From: Phoronis australis
Lineage: Eukaryota > Animalia > Phoronida
Direction of reading: 5' to 3'
Length of the DNA: 64,000 nucleotides
Assembly (NCBI GenBank): GCA_002633005.1
Contig: NMRA01000586.1
Location: forward strand, 198,628 to 262,627
The notes under the pieces are model-generated. The model had not been told where the DNA came from, searched no databases, and saw nothing but the letters and a program-made list of their open reading frames with translations. Both the position numbers and the translations under genes were made by a program. Each line of letters begins with the position of its first letter. The stretch's first letter is position 1. Positions 24,730-38,404 of the stretch are shown here, in pieces.

Positions 24730-25850
24730 GAGTTTTAGTTGACATAGAACTCCATCGTACAGTATCAAGTAAGGTTTTAGTTGGCATACAACTTTATCAT
24801 ACAATATCCAGTAAGGTTTTAGTTGGCATACAACTTTATCATACAATATCCAGTAAGGTTTTAGTTGGCATACAACTTTATCATACAATATCCAGTAAGG
24901 TTTTAGTTGACATACAATTCCATAATACAATATCCAGCATAGGTGGATTTGGGGGGAGGGGCTCAGGAGGCCTGCCCCCCCCCCTTGGCTGCCGCAAGCA
25001 ACATGAAACAGCAACAGTGTGAGGAAGTATTGAGTTCAGATACTAGGACCGGTAGCGGACGAGGGGAGGGCTCAAACTTCGTGGCGGAATTGTGTTCCCG
25101 TTTTTTTGTTTNTCATGTAGAAGATTATTGCCTGTGAGTGAGTGAATCAGTAATTTAGAGTTTTAGTTGACATAGAACTCCATCATACAGTATCAAGTAA
25201 GGTTTTAGTTGGCATACAACTTTATCATACAATATCCAGTAAGGTTTTAGTTGGCATACAACTTTATCATACAATATCCAGTAAGGTTTTAGTTGGCATA
25301 CAACTTTATCATACAATATCCAGTAAGGTTTTAGTTGACATACAATTCCATAATACAATATCCAGCATAGGTGGATTTGGGGGGAGGGGCTCAGGAGGCC
25401 TGCCCCCCCCTTGGGTGCCGCAAGCAACATGAAACAGCAACAGTGTGAGGAAGTATTGAGTTCAGATACTAGGACCGGTAGCGGACGAGGGGAGGGCTCA
25501 AACTTCTTGGCGGAATTGTGTTCCCGTTTTTTTGTTTTTTTATAGTCCACAGATAGATTTTCCAGACGGAAGGTCCACGTGCCCGGCCCCGCAACTTTCG
25601 GGCTGCCTGTGCACGTACACTCGAACTTTGACCAACTCCCCGAGGCAACATGTTGGGCCCCCCTTATGGTAGCCTAGATCCGCCACTGTCCAGTAAGGCT
25701 TTAGTCGACATACAACTCCATAGTACGGTATCCAATAAGGTTTTAGTTGACATGCAAACCCATAATACATTGTCCAATAAGGTTTTAGTTGACATGCAAC
25801 TCCTATCTAATAAGGTTTTAGTTGACATACTACTCCATAATACAGTATCT
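24730..25850 (+). repeat. 39 bp minisatellite interrupted by a MITE and duplicated across a single N (25112)
   Basis: Unit aggttttagttggcatacaactttatcatacaatatccagta; 24685-25111 is repeated at 25113-25538. Confidence 0.9.
25366..25688. mobile_element. GC-rich MITE with hAT-like termini
   Basis: Ends cataggtggattt / gatccgccactg are imperfect inverted termini; TCCAG is duplicated on both flanks. Confidence 0.65.
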
Positions 25851-26228
25851 CCTTTGATGGTTCAGTACATGACAGAAGCAGTTGGTCACAAAACTGTTTC
25901 CCCTCATGACATTTAAAACAGTGAAACTAATGGGAAATAGACTATTGTGTGAGAAAATTTTTGGTCACAAAATGGCTTAACCATCTACCCCTCATTCTCA
26001 GTTACAAGGGAAGGCTGCACTGATGATAAATTTGACTTTTACCGACATCGTGATGAAGAATACTGGGTCATTTTGTCTGAGTACTCTTGGCTTGTACTGT
26101 AAAGGGCCATCTTTAATTCAGGTACAACCATTAGTTATTGTCAGTTATGATGTGTTATTTGTGAAGGCTGCATTAATATCACTAGTCACGATACTGTCTT
26201 CACATAACATTACATTATCATTCCACAG

Positions 26229-26453
26229 GAGGAGTCTCAGTTACTAGAACCATCCAGTCTCAGTCCTCTAGAGGCGCTCCTCACTCACGGAGGCCCCTTC
26301 CCTCCCATGCTGGACATTCCGCCGGACGCTGATGATGACACTATGGTTGACTTGGCCATCGCCATGAGCTTACAGGAGCAGGCAGGAAACAGCTCCGGGC
26401 TGGCTGGTCTGCAGGCGCTCTCATTGGCTGGTCAGCACATGCAGGAACATGGG
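26229..26453 (+). CDS. UBR4: UBR4 exon (UIM-like LAIAMSL)
   Basis: SPLEALL...FPPMLDIPPDADDDTMVDLAIAMSLQEQ. Confidence 0.95.
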
Positions 26454-26526
26454 GTGAGTCAAAGGATGTGTTAGAGGCTTGTACTACACTTCCTGTTTGG
26501 TTGCTATTAATTCATACCAGGCTTAT

Positions 26527-26630
26527 TATAACTGATATCAGTCTTTTGATAACTGATATCCGTCTGTTGATAACTGATACCAGTCTGTTGATAACTGATA
26601 CCAGTCTGTTGATTACTGATACCAGTCTGA
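26527..26630 (+). repeat. 21 bp minisatellite
   Basis: About five units of ataactgataccagtctgttg. Confidence 0.9.
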
Positions 26631-27409
26631 TGTCATTCATAGCATCCTTCATGGAAAATTTCATTTGATCATTGATGACATGTCTTGATTTTATTCAACG
26701 GTTAGTACGAGTTCTTGTCAACCATTTATATCATATATCATATATCGTATATCATACCATTTATATCACATACCATTCCTACCAATTCGCATGGTTCATA
26801 TGATCGACCCACAACTGCAGCACTGTACAATGCTGTATTAACAGTTCACTCAGTTCTTATTTCGTGAACATTGATCATCACAAAAACCTTGAGATTCTCT
26901 GAGTTACTTTTTCTGTTGGTATTACTGGGCAGACATGATACTATTAAGCCACTCACTCAAACACTTCCAATCACTTCTGTCCTTCAGCATATCTTGTGTC
27001 ATTAATAAGGCATCCATTTTGATGTAGTTGCTTTTTCTATAATGCAAACCCGTGGTCATCTTCAATAATGTTGCTTTCACTCAATAGTAATGAACGCGCA
27101 TTGTGGGGCCGTTAACATCACTTTTCCATTGTTACCAAGGAAACTACAGTCGGTTATATTATTGAACTTGTTTAATCTAAGATAGCCAGGGATTCAAATT
27201 ATTCATCAAGTTGTGGCATCATCCCTCAAAAAATTGCATGTATTAACCCAAAAATTTTGCTCCAAATTTCACTGATATTTAATGAAATGAAAATTTACAC
27301 TACTGTAACGCTATAGTAACTGTGACTCCAAAAATGTTTTTCTTTGCTTTCCGCTTGCAGAACCCTAACCCTAACTCTTTAGATGTGATTTATGTGTTAC
27401 TTGTCTTAG

Positions 27410-27605
27410 GGAGAGGGGTCGTCAGTTAACGACGGTCAGTACTCAGACACAACAGCGTCTGCACCAGGCTCTGATGACGAGGCTGTTAGTACGGCGGCAA
27501 CAGATGGCTCCACTCTACGCACATCACCCGCAGATCACGCAGGCAGCGGTGGCTCAGAGAGTGACCACGGTAGTGCGGTGGACTCTATCTCTGGAGAGCA
27601 GAATG
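27410..27605 (+). CDS. UBR4: UBR4 exon
   Basis: [40 protein letters not shown]...SGEQN. Confidence 0.93.
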
Positions 27606-27977
27606 GTACGTGTTGTTATGTCTTACAGTTGTTGTGCCATAAAGTGTTTGGCGCTTCCTTTTGGACAAGAATTGCCCAGTCTGATTGCAGGTTGTAAGTT
27701 TGCTGTCTGGTATCAAACCTTCGTATTTATTTTTGCGTTGAATGTTTTGGAAAATTTGTCTGTTTTCTCTTCACAAGATATATGTCTGTATGAGTCTTCA
27801 ATGTTTTTTTATGTCCTGCAGTCACAGACAACGAGTTTAAGTTTAACTATATCCACATGGGTCTATAGTACTGTGCTGTCTAAAAAGCATTTCTATTTTG
27901 TCAACGTCAACCAGCTTGACATCTGGTTGTTTGGAAGTTAATTAAAAATTTGTCAATTTTTTTATTTGTTCACGTAG

Positions 27978-28222
27978 CGAGTGGCCGCAGCAGTGCTTAT
28001 GGTGACCCCATACAGGAGGCGCAGACAACAGGTGCCCGTAGCGAGACTAGTAGTGTCGGTGCACCCAGCACATCTTTGCAGTATGAGAGAGACACCTATG
28101 AACCTGACGTCGACTCCACCTACAGGCTGCACATGCTGCGTATGACTCTACTGGAGCGACTGATGGAATACATACCACAGCTGAAGGAAGTGGGAGGAGT
28201 CAGGGCTATTCCTTTCATGCAG
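27978..28222 (+). CDS. UBR4: UBR4 exon
   Basis: SGRSSAYGD...RLHMLRMTLLERL...VGGVRAIPFMQ. Confidence 0.95.
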
Positions 28223-28471
28223 GTGGGTGGGCTGTGCAAGTGTCAATCATAGTGGATTGTCAGCATCAATCACCAATCAGATTGTTTGTTGCTATCTTGT
28301 GACATATCTTAGAATGCAGAATAGATTAGTGTCAAGTAGCACCGATGATAGGAATTCTGTTGTGCCAAAATGCTGCAAAAATACACAATCCTTTTTTTGG
28401 AAAATGAATATTATATTCACTGTTGTGGAAACACAATGTTGCGTTTTACACTTTGGTTTCTCGACCACCAG

Positions 28472-29525
28472 GTGGTGCTGATGCTGACTTCGGACCTGGA
28501 CAGCGACGAAGACCGGGACCGTGCTGTGCTTGATGGTCTACTGTCTGTCCTGTTGGGACAACTGGACATTGGTCAACGAGAGCAGGCCAAAATAGCTGAG
28601 CGTAGTAATGTGCAGGAAGTACGTCTGATTGTCATGCGTCTGCTGAGCGTGTTCATGTCACGCACGCGAGCGGGGGCGAAGCCGTCAGGGGAGTCGTTCT
28701 CCTTCCTTAGTACTAGTACAGCCACAGCGCTGCTATCAACAGGAGCCATTGACTTCTGCCTGCAGGCTCTGAAGCTTCTGCTTGATTACTGGAAACAGCT
28801 ACCTGTTGAGGAGGAGGGAGCCACGTTGCCCGGGCAACTGCTGAAGCCACACCCCACTACATCTCCTCCCGACATGAGCCCGTTCTTCCTGCGGCAGTAC
28901 GTCAAGTTTCACGCCAGTGACGTCTTTGAGTCGTACCCACAGCTGCTAACTGAGATGATCTTGAGACTGCCGTACCAGATGAAGAAGATCTCCGACGTCA
29001 CCGCCGGTGTCGCTGCGCCAACCTTTGAACAGGCGTGGTTCTACTTCCTGTCAGAGTATATGATGACGCAGCAGACGCCGTTTGTCAAACGACAAGTGAG
29101 GAAACTTCTGCTCTTCATCTGTGGCTCCAAAGAGAAGTATCGTTTGCTTCGAGATCTTCACGCCCTTGAGTCACACATCAAGGAGGTCAAGGTCATTTGT
29201 GGCAAGTATGGGTTCGATGAGCTTCGCACAGCCCCCGTCAATGTCCCGTACAACGTGTTGATCACACTCATAGAACACCTGAAGTCGTGCGGAGAGGTCG
29301 CGACCTCGCGCACTGGCAACTGGCAGAAGTTGTGCCATAAGAACGACAACATCCTGTCATTCTTGATCCAAGCCAGCATCCTGTTGGACGAGGGTGTGGC
29401 ACCGGTGCTGCTTCAGCTGCTGCAGTGCGCCCTCTGTGGAGCAAAGGTTATAGCTGGACAGGCGGGGCACTCATCGTCACCAGCAAAAACGAAGAAAGAC
29501 CGAGAGAAGGAGAAGGACAGCCAAG
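28472..29525 (+). CDS. UBR4: UBR4 large exon (1054 nt)
   Basis: VVLMLTSDLDS...PPDMSPFFLRQYVK...QTPFVKRQVRKLLLFICGSKEKYR...EKEKDSQ. Confidence 0.97.
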
Positions 29526-29761
29526 GTGAGATTAATAAAAAAAAGTTGGCAAAAGGTTACCTTGGAAACGTATTCAGGACAGGCATCAGTTTGTATTTCA
29601 CTTGCTTCTTTGTAATAACATAATACAACCAGCTTAAAGTTGTATTTCATTTTCAACACTTAAATTCTGGTTTAAAGTTTCCAACAATTTCTGGACTTTA
29701 TAATTCAAGTTATGAGTTGCTCCATCTGTTGACAATCACAAGCTATGTCTGTATGCTTCAG

Positions 29762-29930
29762 GTGAAGACAGCCAATCACACGACGAGGGCCTCAGTATCA
29801 TCTTGGTTCAACAGGTCAACAAGCTGGTGGAACGCGACCTCTTGGTTCGCTTCTTGCGTGCCTTTCTACTGGAGTCCAACTCGACCGCGGTCCGCTGGCA
29901 GGCTCATGCACTTGTGTTGCACATTTATAG
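29762..29930 (+). CDS. UBR4: UBR4 exon
   Basis: FLRAFLLESNSTAVRWQAHALVLHIY. Confidence 0.95.
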
Positions 29931-30578
29931 GTGTGACTCTTTTCAAATTTCTGGCAGGAGCTCAGCTGATGGTTTGACTCCTATGAATTTCAGAAAACCA
30001 GCATTGTTTTGATTTGGCAATAGAATTAGTCTGTCCTAAACTGCATCAAATGCTAATAGAATTCAGCATTTCTGAAGTGTATCGTTTATGAATCAATGCA
30101 ATTCAGCAGTCCTAAAGTGTATCATTTGTGAATAGAATTCAACAATCCAAAGCTACCATTGTCAGCTAGTGCTGCAGAGTAAATTGGGTGACTTATTGTC
30201 ATAGATGCTTTTTAATGGGATAATTTTTATTGCATGAAACAAACACGCGTTGAATAGCAGTGAACAAATTGAGAAGTTGCAGGGCGTTATGTGTGGATGA
30301 AATATTGTCATGGATGTTTCTCACATGGCTCGCATTTTGTTTCTGTGATTTACTTTGTGTGGCCTTAAAGTTACATTAGATGGTTTTTGTGAAAAATCTG
30401 TTTCGCATTTAAGGCAATCATTCTGGTCTAGTCTAGGATGTTGGTGAACCCCATATTGACAAACTGCCTTCTGTACTTAATCCTTTCCAATGATAACAAT
30501 TAGAGTAATCTTTTCTTTTACAGCTCCACCTTGTGAATACCTTTTTTGTTTGTGATCATTTTTGGCTTTTGATTGTAG

Positions 30579-30726
30579 AAACTCTTCACAGTCCCAACAG
30601 GAGGTGCTGCTTGATCTGATGTGGAATATCTGGCCAGAATTGCCGAGCTATGGTCGAAAGGCGGCGCAGTTTGTCGACCTGCTCGGTTACTTTGCCCTCA
30701 AGACGTCACAGACATCGGACTCCAAG
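30579..30726 (+). CDS. UBR4: UBR4 exon
   Basis: NSSQSQQEVLLDLMWNIWPELPSYGRKAAQFVDLLGYFALK. Confidence 0.96.
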
Positions 30727-31031
30727 GTCAGCTTTGTTCTTTTTGACAATTTTGTTTGTAACCATTATGAGATGAAAATTAATGCGAAAGAGAAACTGTC
30801 AAGGTGTTTAATAGTTTTTAACTTTATTTGTCTGTGGCCAGTTTGACTGTCCGTCACAATGCTGCTTACTCATTTGCAGTTAATACTTTCCATCACATTT
30901 CTTGCTCTTCGCCATAATTGTTTTCACCGATGTCCATGTATGCTTTTCAGAAGAGCTCTTGCTACTTTTTGTTTCTTGCCACGATCGCACGTCTCGCTGT
31001 CCATCATAGTTGTTGCTCTTGTTCCTTACAG

Positions 31032-31117
31032 GTCTCCGACTACACCCAGAGAGCAGTGGACATGCTGAAGTGTCAGAACGAGATACTTTCCAACCACCAG
31101 AATTACAACATCTATAA
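31032..31117 (+). CDS. UBR4: UBR4 exon
   Basis: [28 protein letters not shown]. Confidence 0.93.
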
Positions 31118-31148
31118 GTAAGTCGATGTTAATTCAATCTCAGTTTGT

Positions 31149-31252
31149 ACATTGCCCAGTCCTGTGGGCACATTACCCAGTCCTTTGGACACATTGCCTA
31201 GTCCTGTGGACACATTGCCTAGTCCTGTGGACACATTGCCTAGTCCTTTGGG
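31149..31252 (+). repeat. 21 bp minisatellite
   Basis: About five units of cacattgcctagtcctgtgga. Confidence 0.9.
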
Positions 31253-31337
31253 TACCTTTTCCACCTGATTTGAGCTGTGTAAGAGATAACAGCGCTCACA
31301 ACATACAGTGGTATGATCTGCTAACCTTTACTTCCAG

Positions 31338-31425
31338 CCAACTACAGGGTCTGGTCGAGTTTGATGGTTACTACCTGGAGAGTGATCCCTGTCTGGTCTG
31401 TAACAACCCGGAGGTGCCACTCACG
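31338..31425 (+). CDS. UBR4: UBR4 exon
   Basis: [29 protein letters not shown]. Confidence 0.96.
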
Positions 31426-31489
31426 GTAAGTCCACTGTCACTGTTCTAAAGATGTGGTACAATCTAAGCGTTGCCTTCGTGGTGAGGTC

Positions 31490-33110
31490 AATTTTAATTA
31501 GCTAATAGGCTTCTGTCGAGGAGACGAGAGCGACTTTCCATTTTCAGAAGATTTGGACATATTCTATATCACCTAGTAACCATTTTAAACGTTAGTTGTG
31601 CTTTTTGGCATCTGCCTCTATCCACCAACCTGTTTGAAAGATCACATGAAATTTGGCAGATGTGTTCCTGATGAGAATCCAGCTGCTGACATAGATTTTT
31701 CTGGCATTTGACTACTGTAGTGCCCCCCAGTGGCAACTCTGATTTTTGCTTCCACGGTGTTACGGGGAGATTTTATGTAGGATGAACATGTCATTTATTT
31801 ATCATTAAAGTATGATACAAACACATTAGAACTTGGGTTGACTATGTACATGAGAATAATATTACGTGAGAAGTATAAGTATTAATTTAGTATATAGTGG
31901 TTGTTGTGTATTAATTAAGGGTATTAGTTGTTTACTGAAATTTATTGCCTCCTATGAGTGCATAGGAAATGAATCAGCATATTTGTCTCTAACCATGTGT
32001 TTATGCTCTGCTAGCAGAATTATGTAACTTTAAATTCACCGGAATTGGTCAACTGTGGGGTTAGCCAGTTCTGACAACAACAATAGTCTTGTTATTATTC
32101 AGCAGAAATTACTTAAAGATTTGTCTGTCCGTGACCATATTTGNTATTTCTACTGTGAAGAAAACGACCAGTGAGTGTTTTTTCAGACGTCACCGACCAC
32201 TGTGGCGTCTGTGGCCGTTTCTCCCAAACCTTCTGCAGGATCTTTATTAAAGTTAGCAAGTGTAATTGTATGAAGTTGACAACAGACAACTATGACATTT
32301 GTGCTGTTCCAACTACTGGTGCGTCCCCCCCACGCCCCCCATTTATTTTTTCACTGTATCTTTGACACTTCTTGGCTGATTTTCATGAAATTTAATAAAC
32401 AGGTTTCTATTAAACAGTCTGTAGGTTCCAGTTTTTTTCTTAGATTTGACATGTAATGGCCTTTATTATTATCGTGAAATTTTGTTAATAATTTTCTACC
32501 AAGTAGACGATGACACCTTCTCATTTTTGGGCGGATATGACGTATTCTGCGCTACCCAGTGGCCATTTTTGGCATCACCTTCTCCATCCACAAAACCGTT
32601 TGAAGTTTCATTAGACATATAATTTGGAGATGTGTTCCTGATTAGAAGACTGAGGCTGACATTGATTTTGGGACTGGTTCAACTACTCTGCCTCCTCCTC
32701 GTAACTTAGTTCCTCGATGCTTTTTCATGAAATTTGGTGAACAAGTTTCTATTATGAAAATGGCAGTACCTTTTTTGTGATGGAATTGACATGTTCTGAA
32801 CCAATTACTGATCATGTTAATTATTTTTTGGTCTGTTTCTTGTCTGCTTCAATCTGTATCTGTCATACTGCTTACAGGATCATTGTGAAAATTGGCCGAC
32901 TTTTTCACCAACGAGAGCATGACTGACGTGGATTTTCTAATGGGTCCAACTACTATCATGGTGCCTCTAGTGACATTTTTTGCATCTATGGCTGTATCTC
33001 CTGAACGCCTTGCAAAACGTTGAAATTTTGTAATTGTATTCCTGCTAGCTTGACAACAGATGGCATACCTCAGTTTGGAAAATGGATTGAAATTCAGCAA
33101 CTAGCACTTA
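31490..33110 (+). mobile_element. Degenerate fragments of the same HINE-like family as 45.3-48.6 kb
   Basis: Shares ttcatgaaatttgg, gtgccccccagtggcaa, ggctgtatctcctgaacg and caggatctttattaaa motifs; N at ~32144. Confidence 0.65.
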
Positions 33111-33262
33111 TCTCTATATTTTCACAGAACTTGCACTTCAGGTTGCGAGATATTTTTAGATGATAGTTTGGAGCTTAAGATGAAATTTCTGACGTATTCA
33201 TTTTTTATGAAACGGGTCTCTGTAGCCTAGTGTTGGTTGACCGTGTTGGTTTTCTACATCAG

Positions 33263-33456
33263 AACATCAAGCTGTCTGCCATCAAGGTAGACTCCAAGTT
33301 CACCACGACCACACAGATCGTGAAGCTGGTCGGTAGCCACACTGTCTCCAAGGTAACGGTCAAGGTCAGCGACCTGAAGCGGTCCAAGATGGTGCGTGTT
33401 CTCAACATCTTCTACAACAACCGTACGGTACAGGCAGTTGTGGAGCTGAAGAACAA
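33263..33456 (+). CDS. UBR4: UBR4 exon
   Basis: [31 protein letters not shown]...[12 protein letters not shown]. Confidence 0.96.
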
Positions 33457-33829
33457 GTGAGTTGTTGTTTCAATAATGATTAGAATAATTCTGTCTGTAC
33501 CTGCATATAGCCCCAAAAGTGTACCGAGTCACCCATTAAATCTTTATTAATAAACTTTATTCGAAATACGAGTCAGGTGCATAACTGTGTCAGATCATAC
33601 ACAGTTTTTGCACTAACTGACCTTTCACCTTTGAACTCAGTTTGATCCAAAATCATTGCATAGGCCCTGCTACGGTGTCTGCATTGTGAGTTCACTAACC
33701 TTAGAAAGACAATCCCACTTTGAACGCTGCACATTGAAATACAACCCTCAACTGCTGGGCACTGTGGACATAAACACTTTAAAGTGAATATGAAGTTTGT
33801 TGTCACAAGCAGGTATCAATTGACCCCAA

Positions 33830-33952
33830 AACGACTGACAGTAGTTGCAAATGATTGACAGCGGTTCCAAAAATGATTGACAGCAGTTGCAAATGATTAA
33901 CAGCAGTTGCAAATGATTAACAGCAGTTGCAAATGATTGGCAGTAGTTACAG
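33830..33952 (+). repeat. 20 bp minisatellite
   Basis: gacagcagttgcaaatgatt units. Confidence 0.85.
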
Positions 33953-34014
33953 ACTTAACACTTATGACATAGCAATTATGTTGTAAGATCTGGGGAAGGA
34001 AAAGAATAATTATA

Positions 34015-35062
34015 AACTAGAAAGATTATTGTCACGGCGTGACAATAATGGACTCTGCGCGCGCGTATTAAAGGAATTGTTATGGGAAGTTACTGACAGC
34101 AACCCCGTTTACCAAATTATGAAAAGAAATTCTTTAAAATTGTAGGAGTAATTACATGCTAATGTTTTGATGACCTTTCCACTAACTGACCTCTTCCGGT
34201 GCATTATGAACCCCAGTGAGGGAATATTTGTGCAACCACTTTAAAGTATAGTTAATGCTAAGAATCACAGATGTTTTACTTTAAGCACTTAAGAATACAA
34301 CATGAATTAATTGGTCAAACTTTCAGAAGAAAAATGCACCTAATGACCCCATGGATGCACCAAATGACCCAAAAATTTAGAATTCAAACTCAATTGCGTT
34401 TAGTAAACAGATATATAATTTTGAAGTCTCTAGCTCAAAATTTTAATTTTGCACTCAATGACCTTTGACCTATTTTTTCTGATTGGTTAGGCCTATTGCG
34501 TAGTTAAGTAGGTTGTTCAATTGGCATGTTGAGATACGCTAGTGTGCTGAAATTGAAATGAATTCCTTGAAAAACGTAAGAGATATAACTTTTTGAACGT
34601 TAACTGACCTTTGCACTAATTGACCCTATCCGGTGCATTATAAGCGTCTTTAGGAGAATTATTGCAAAGCCCATGGAAAATGTGTGTAATGCTGAGAATC
34701 ACAGTTGTCTAACGGTTGACACATCAGTGTACTTGGAGAATGAAAAGGTCAAATTTTCAGAAGAAAAATGCACCTAATGNTTAAAACTGAAGGAGGAGTA
34801 GCATTTTGAAAATTACATGACCTTTGCACCAAATGACCTCTTCCGGTGCAATATGGAATATGATTATATAACCAATCAAAATTTATATACTGTCAAAAGT
34901 CATATGCTGAATTTAAAGACCGTACCTGTACCCATTTTGGAGTTATTAGGTGTCAAAGTTGGTCGGAAGAAGAATAAGAAGAATAAGAAGAATAAGAATA
35001 AGAATAAAATTGAAGAAAACCCAGGAACAACAGTACTCTGCGCTTACACGCGCAGAGTAATT
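34015..35062 (-). mobile_element. Helentron-associated non-autonomous element (HINE/DINE-1-like)
   Basis: Terminal hairpin attattgtcac-ggc-gtgacaataat; actctgcgc subterminal repeat at 34052, re-used in the stem-loop tactctgcgc-ttacac-gcgcagagta at 35034-35059; (AAGAAT)n microsatellite; internal gacctt-rich repeats. Confidence 0.7.
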
Positions 35063-37979
35063 ACTTTGTTCGTATGCGTGACATACAGAGTAATTTGTAA
35101 GGAAGGTTGTAAAGACAAGCGGTTTGTTGATTGATTAGGTCTGTCTGTACTATGAGCTTCTTGTCCAGTCTGTTGTCTACATTTCGTGATTAGTCTCGCG
35201 TAGTCAGTGTTCACGCTATTGCCGTTAGCTAGCTACAATTTCAGTCAAATGCTACAAGTTGCTAATAGATTAAGAATCAAACTGTTGCTGAGAAGGCCCC
35301 TCCCCCNCTACTAGAAGGCCCCTCTCCCCCTACTAGAAGGTCCCACCCCCCCTACTACTAGTACTTGTGTGTGTTATACAATCTGTTGAAACCAGGCTTA
35401 CTACACTCAATGTGTGCCCATGCATTTATATCCAAGTATCTGTCCTTAATTTGACATGCGTGTCATCTCATTATCTTGTCACCATGAACATTTAGTTGAT
35501 TGGTTCCATTGTTTATGTCATCCATGTTATTGACAGAAATGACCAAACACAAGGAATTAGTTACTGACTGTTTTACTGACTCGTATTGGCTATCTGAAAT
35601 GTTCGCATGCGGTGATTTTTTGAAAACTTATCTGGTGATACAGTGTTTTTAGTTGACCATATTTTCAAAACTCAAAATACAAATTCACCTGATGCCAGTT
35701 ATGTTAGGGTTGATCTAATCGCCAATTGTTCGGCAAGTATATCATGAGCCTTGTGATTATTTACACTAGAGACACCTGTGGTCATCTTGTAAATTGGAAT
35801 TGGAGAGCCATTGCCAAATCCCGAAAAACGAAGAACGATAATACAAAGGTTTAGTAATAAATTATAAGTTCTTGAGAAAATTACGTATTAAATAGTCTAG
35901 TAGCTAATCGTGCGTGAAAACAGTGTTTGTGGGTTGAAACATAGCAGTAGGAAATGGGACGATGGAAAAACCCTTTTCTCAGAAGTTTAGCCATTTTGAC
36001 TTTGTGCTATGGAACTGTTTCTACATATTTTAACAGAAACATAGAAAAATGACTAATGTTGTCAATTAGTAAATTGCAATCAAGCCAATCAACGACTACG
36101 TCAGGGCAGGGTTACATAAATTTAAGAGTGCATTGTTCAACAATAGCAATGTGACATCTGTTAATGCAATGTCGTTGTTGCTATCCACCATATTACTGTG
36201 ATACAGTCATGCTTACAAAGTGTTCTTTCAGAAGATGTCATTAGTAGTAATAATTATACAAATAAGCAAAATCTTCTTTTTATTCTTATCTATAATGAAA
36301 AGATATTTTGGAAGCTTTGCACCAAAATCTAATCCAAAGAACCAGGGGTTTTTATCCACTAAAAAATTGTGTACACTCTATATCATTGCCACTGGTCTCT
36401 CCTTGAATCCTTACAATGAATGTATATCTCTTCTTTTATGACAGCTGTTTCAATAATGAGTTTCTGAAATTATTCTGCAGGACAATATAAGTAATTATGG
36501 CACTTCTCATTTTCATAAGCTAATTAAAAGTGAATTTATAATTTGTGCATCTTATGCAGCCTTTTTTGTTTATTGAATCAGTTGACAGGATTATGTGCAG
36601 TAGTTGCCATAGCAACTGCATTTTTTTAAAGTAGTGCAATTTCCATGTTTGTTTTCATGATAGACAAAACAGTATTTGCTTTAAGAAGTAATAAATTCTT
36701 CACAAATTTATTGGTGTTGTGATTGCAAAATACCTGGTTACCACGGTATGAAGCTCATTCAAACTTAGGAACTCCCTTAAGTTTTCGGGGAGTGCCACTA
36801 AAATAATGGTCGCCTGCTTCCAACATGACTGCCATCAAGCCTAAAATTGATGGTCTTGACTGAGAAAATTCCCGGTTACCATGGTAACACTGCCCATTTC
36901 ATCTTAGCATTACAACTAAGTTCCAACAAAGCCAAAGCGTATACTCTGGACAAGGTTGCCTCCCTCTAACACAAATTTGTTCTCAAATGTGAACTTGCTG
37001 GCTTCGACCAGAACAATACTTGGTTACCATCCATAGGTTTCAATGGAGTACCACTGTATGATAAGTTTCAAGGGAGTACCACTGTACGTGCTTTGAGCGT
37101 GATTGCCTGCTTCTAAGATGACTGCGTCATCAAAAATGCTAATTTTGGCTTGTTGCCTATTAGTGAGAAAAATGTTTGTGATCATCCTCTGTATCTGTGC
37201 TATATTTTGTTCACATGGTGGACACATATCAATGCTCGGTGTTGCTTGTGGTTGAATTGCCAGAAGAGTACTGGTTTGTCCTATTGTTTCGGTTTGTTTG
37301 TTCAGATATTAATCTTCAATGAACGATGACTCACCTTTTTCACTTCCGTAGAAAAAATGACATCGTAAGCCATCTTTCATTACTGACCATTAATTAGTAA
37401 ATAAGGATATCACTGTGTGTCGTGTGTGTTCATTCATTGGAGAGGTATCAAGTTATGACAGTGAGCACTTAGTCAGAGAACATCAGAGGTACTTCCTTGT
37501 TTATACTTTAAGTCACTGGAATCATAAAATTCCTTTTTGATGACAGACTGTGGAAATATTTGCTTTCTTTTTGCCAATACATTTTGTCTTCCGGTACATG
37601 ACCTCATTACGCGTGACCTAATTAAACCTGTTCTTTTTGGTGTTTTACCTTCATTCTTCATTTAAATGATGATAAAGAAGCTTAGTTGGGTTCTGGTCTG
37701 TTTTTTTTTAATCAAGTCAATGATGAAGTATTTCAGTTGGCCACTTTCTCAAAAAAGACAATCTATATGAGACAAGAGAAATAATGCCGGGTTTTTTGCT
37801 CACCGTTTGACAAATCATGGTGTTTCAAACCTTAATTACACTTTGTAGAAAGTGGCATGACAGATGGTTTGGTTCTGCTTAAGGTTGGAAACTTTATTCT
37901 GAGGTCAATTTTTGAGGATTTTGAACTCTTTGACAACATTGAGTTATTAATGCAACTGAAGACAGAGAGTGTACTAAGT

Positions 37980-38160
37980 TATAAATACCACAGAAGACAT
38001 TGTGTTACATTATAAAAACAACATAAGATATTTAGTTACATTTTAAATACAACAGAAGACATTGTGTTACATTATAAATACAACAGAAGACATTATGTTA
38101 TACTATAGATACAATATAAGACATTGTGTTATATTATAGATACAACAAAAGGTATTGTAT
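37980..38160 (+). repeat. ~31 bp minisatellite downstream of the GPCR ORF
   Basis: ataaatacaacagaagacattgtgttacatt units. Confidence 0.85.
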
Positions 38161-38404
38161 TCATCATGTCAGTATTAGGACAGACTGTACACCTTGCAGC
38201 TGACACGACTTCATTCTCTAACTGTCTCCTGTTTGACACACAGCTGGTTCAAGTATCACTTAAGGCCTCTCTTTTTTCAGTATGCAGTCTCTTCTCAATC
38301 TTTGCCTCAATAAATCTTGTGTTTGCCGTCACCCATACAGGAGGAATATTTTTGTTAAAAAGTCAGGCATCTAGTTTTACTATACTACTCCAGTTCTCTT
38401 TGAG

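Noticed and set aside
24685-25538. ~430 bp direct duplication and its repetitive ORFs (KPYWILYDKVVCQL)n
   Set aside because: The copies abut a single N at 25112, which is typical of an unmerged contig overlap. The ORFs are translations of a 39 bp minisatellite.
27337-27409. Strong upstream acceptor and (CCCTAA) telomere-like repeats before a UBR4 exon
   Set aside because: Using the AG at 27360 adds 49 nt and frameshifts, a micro-exon would leave a 25 nt intron, and only about two telomeric units are present.
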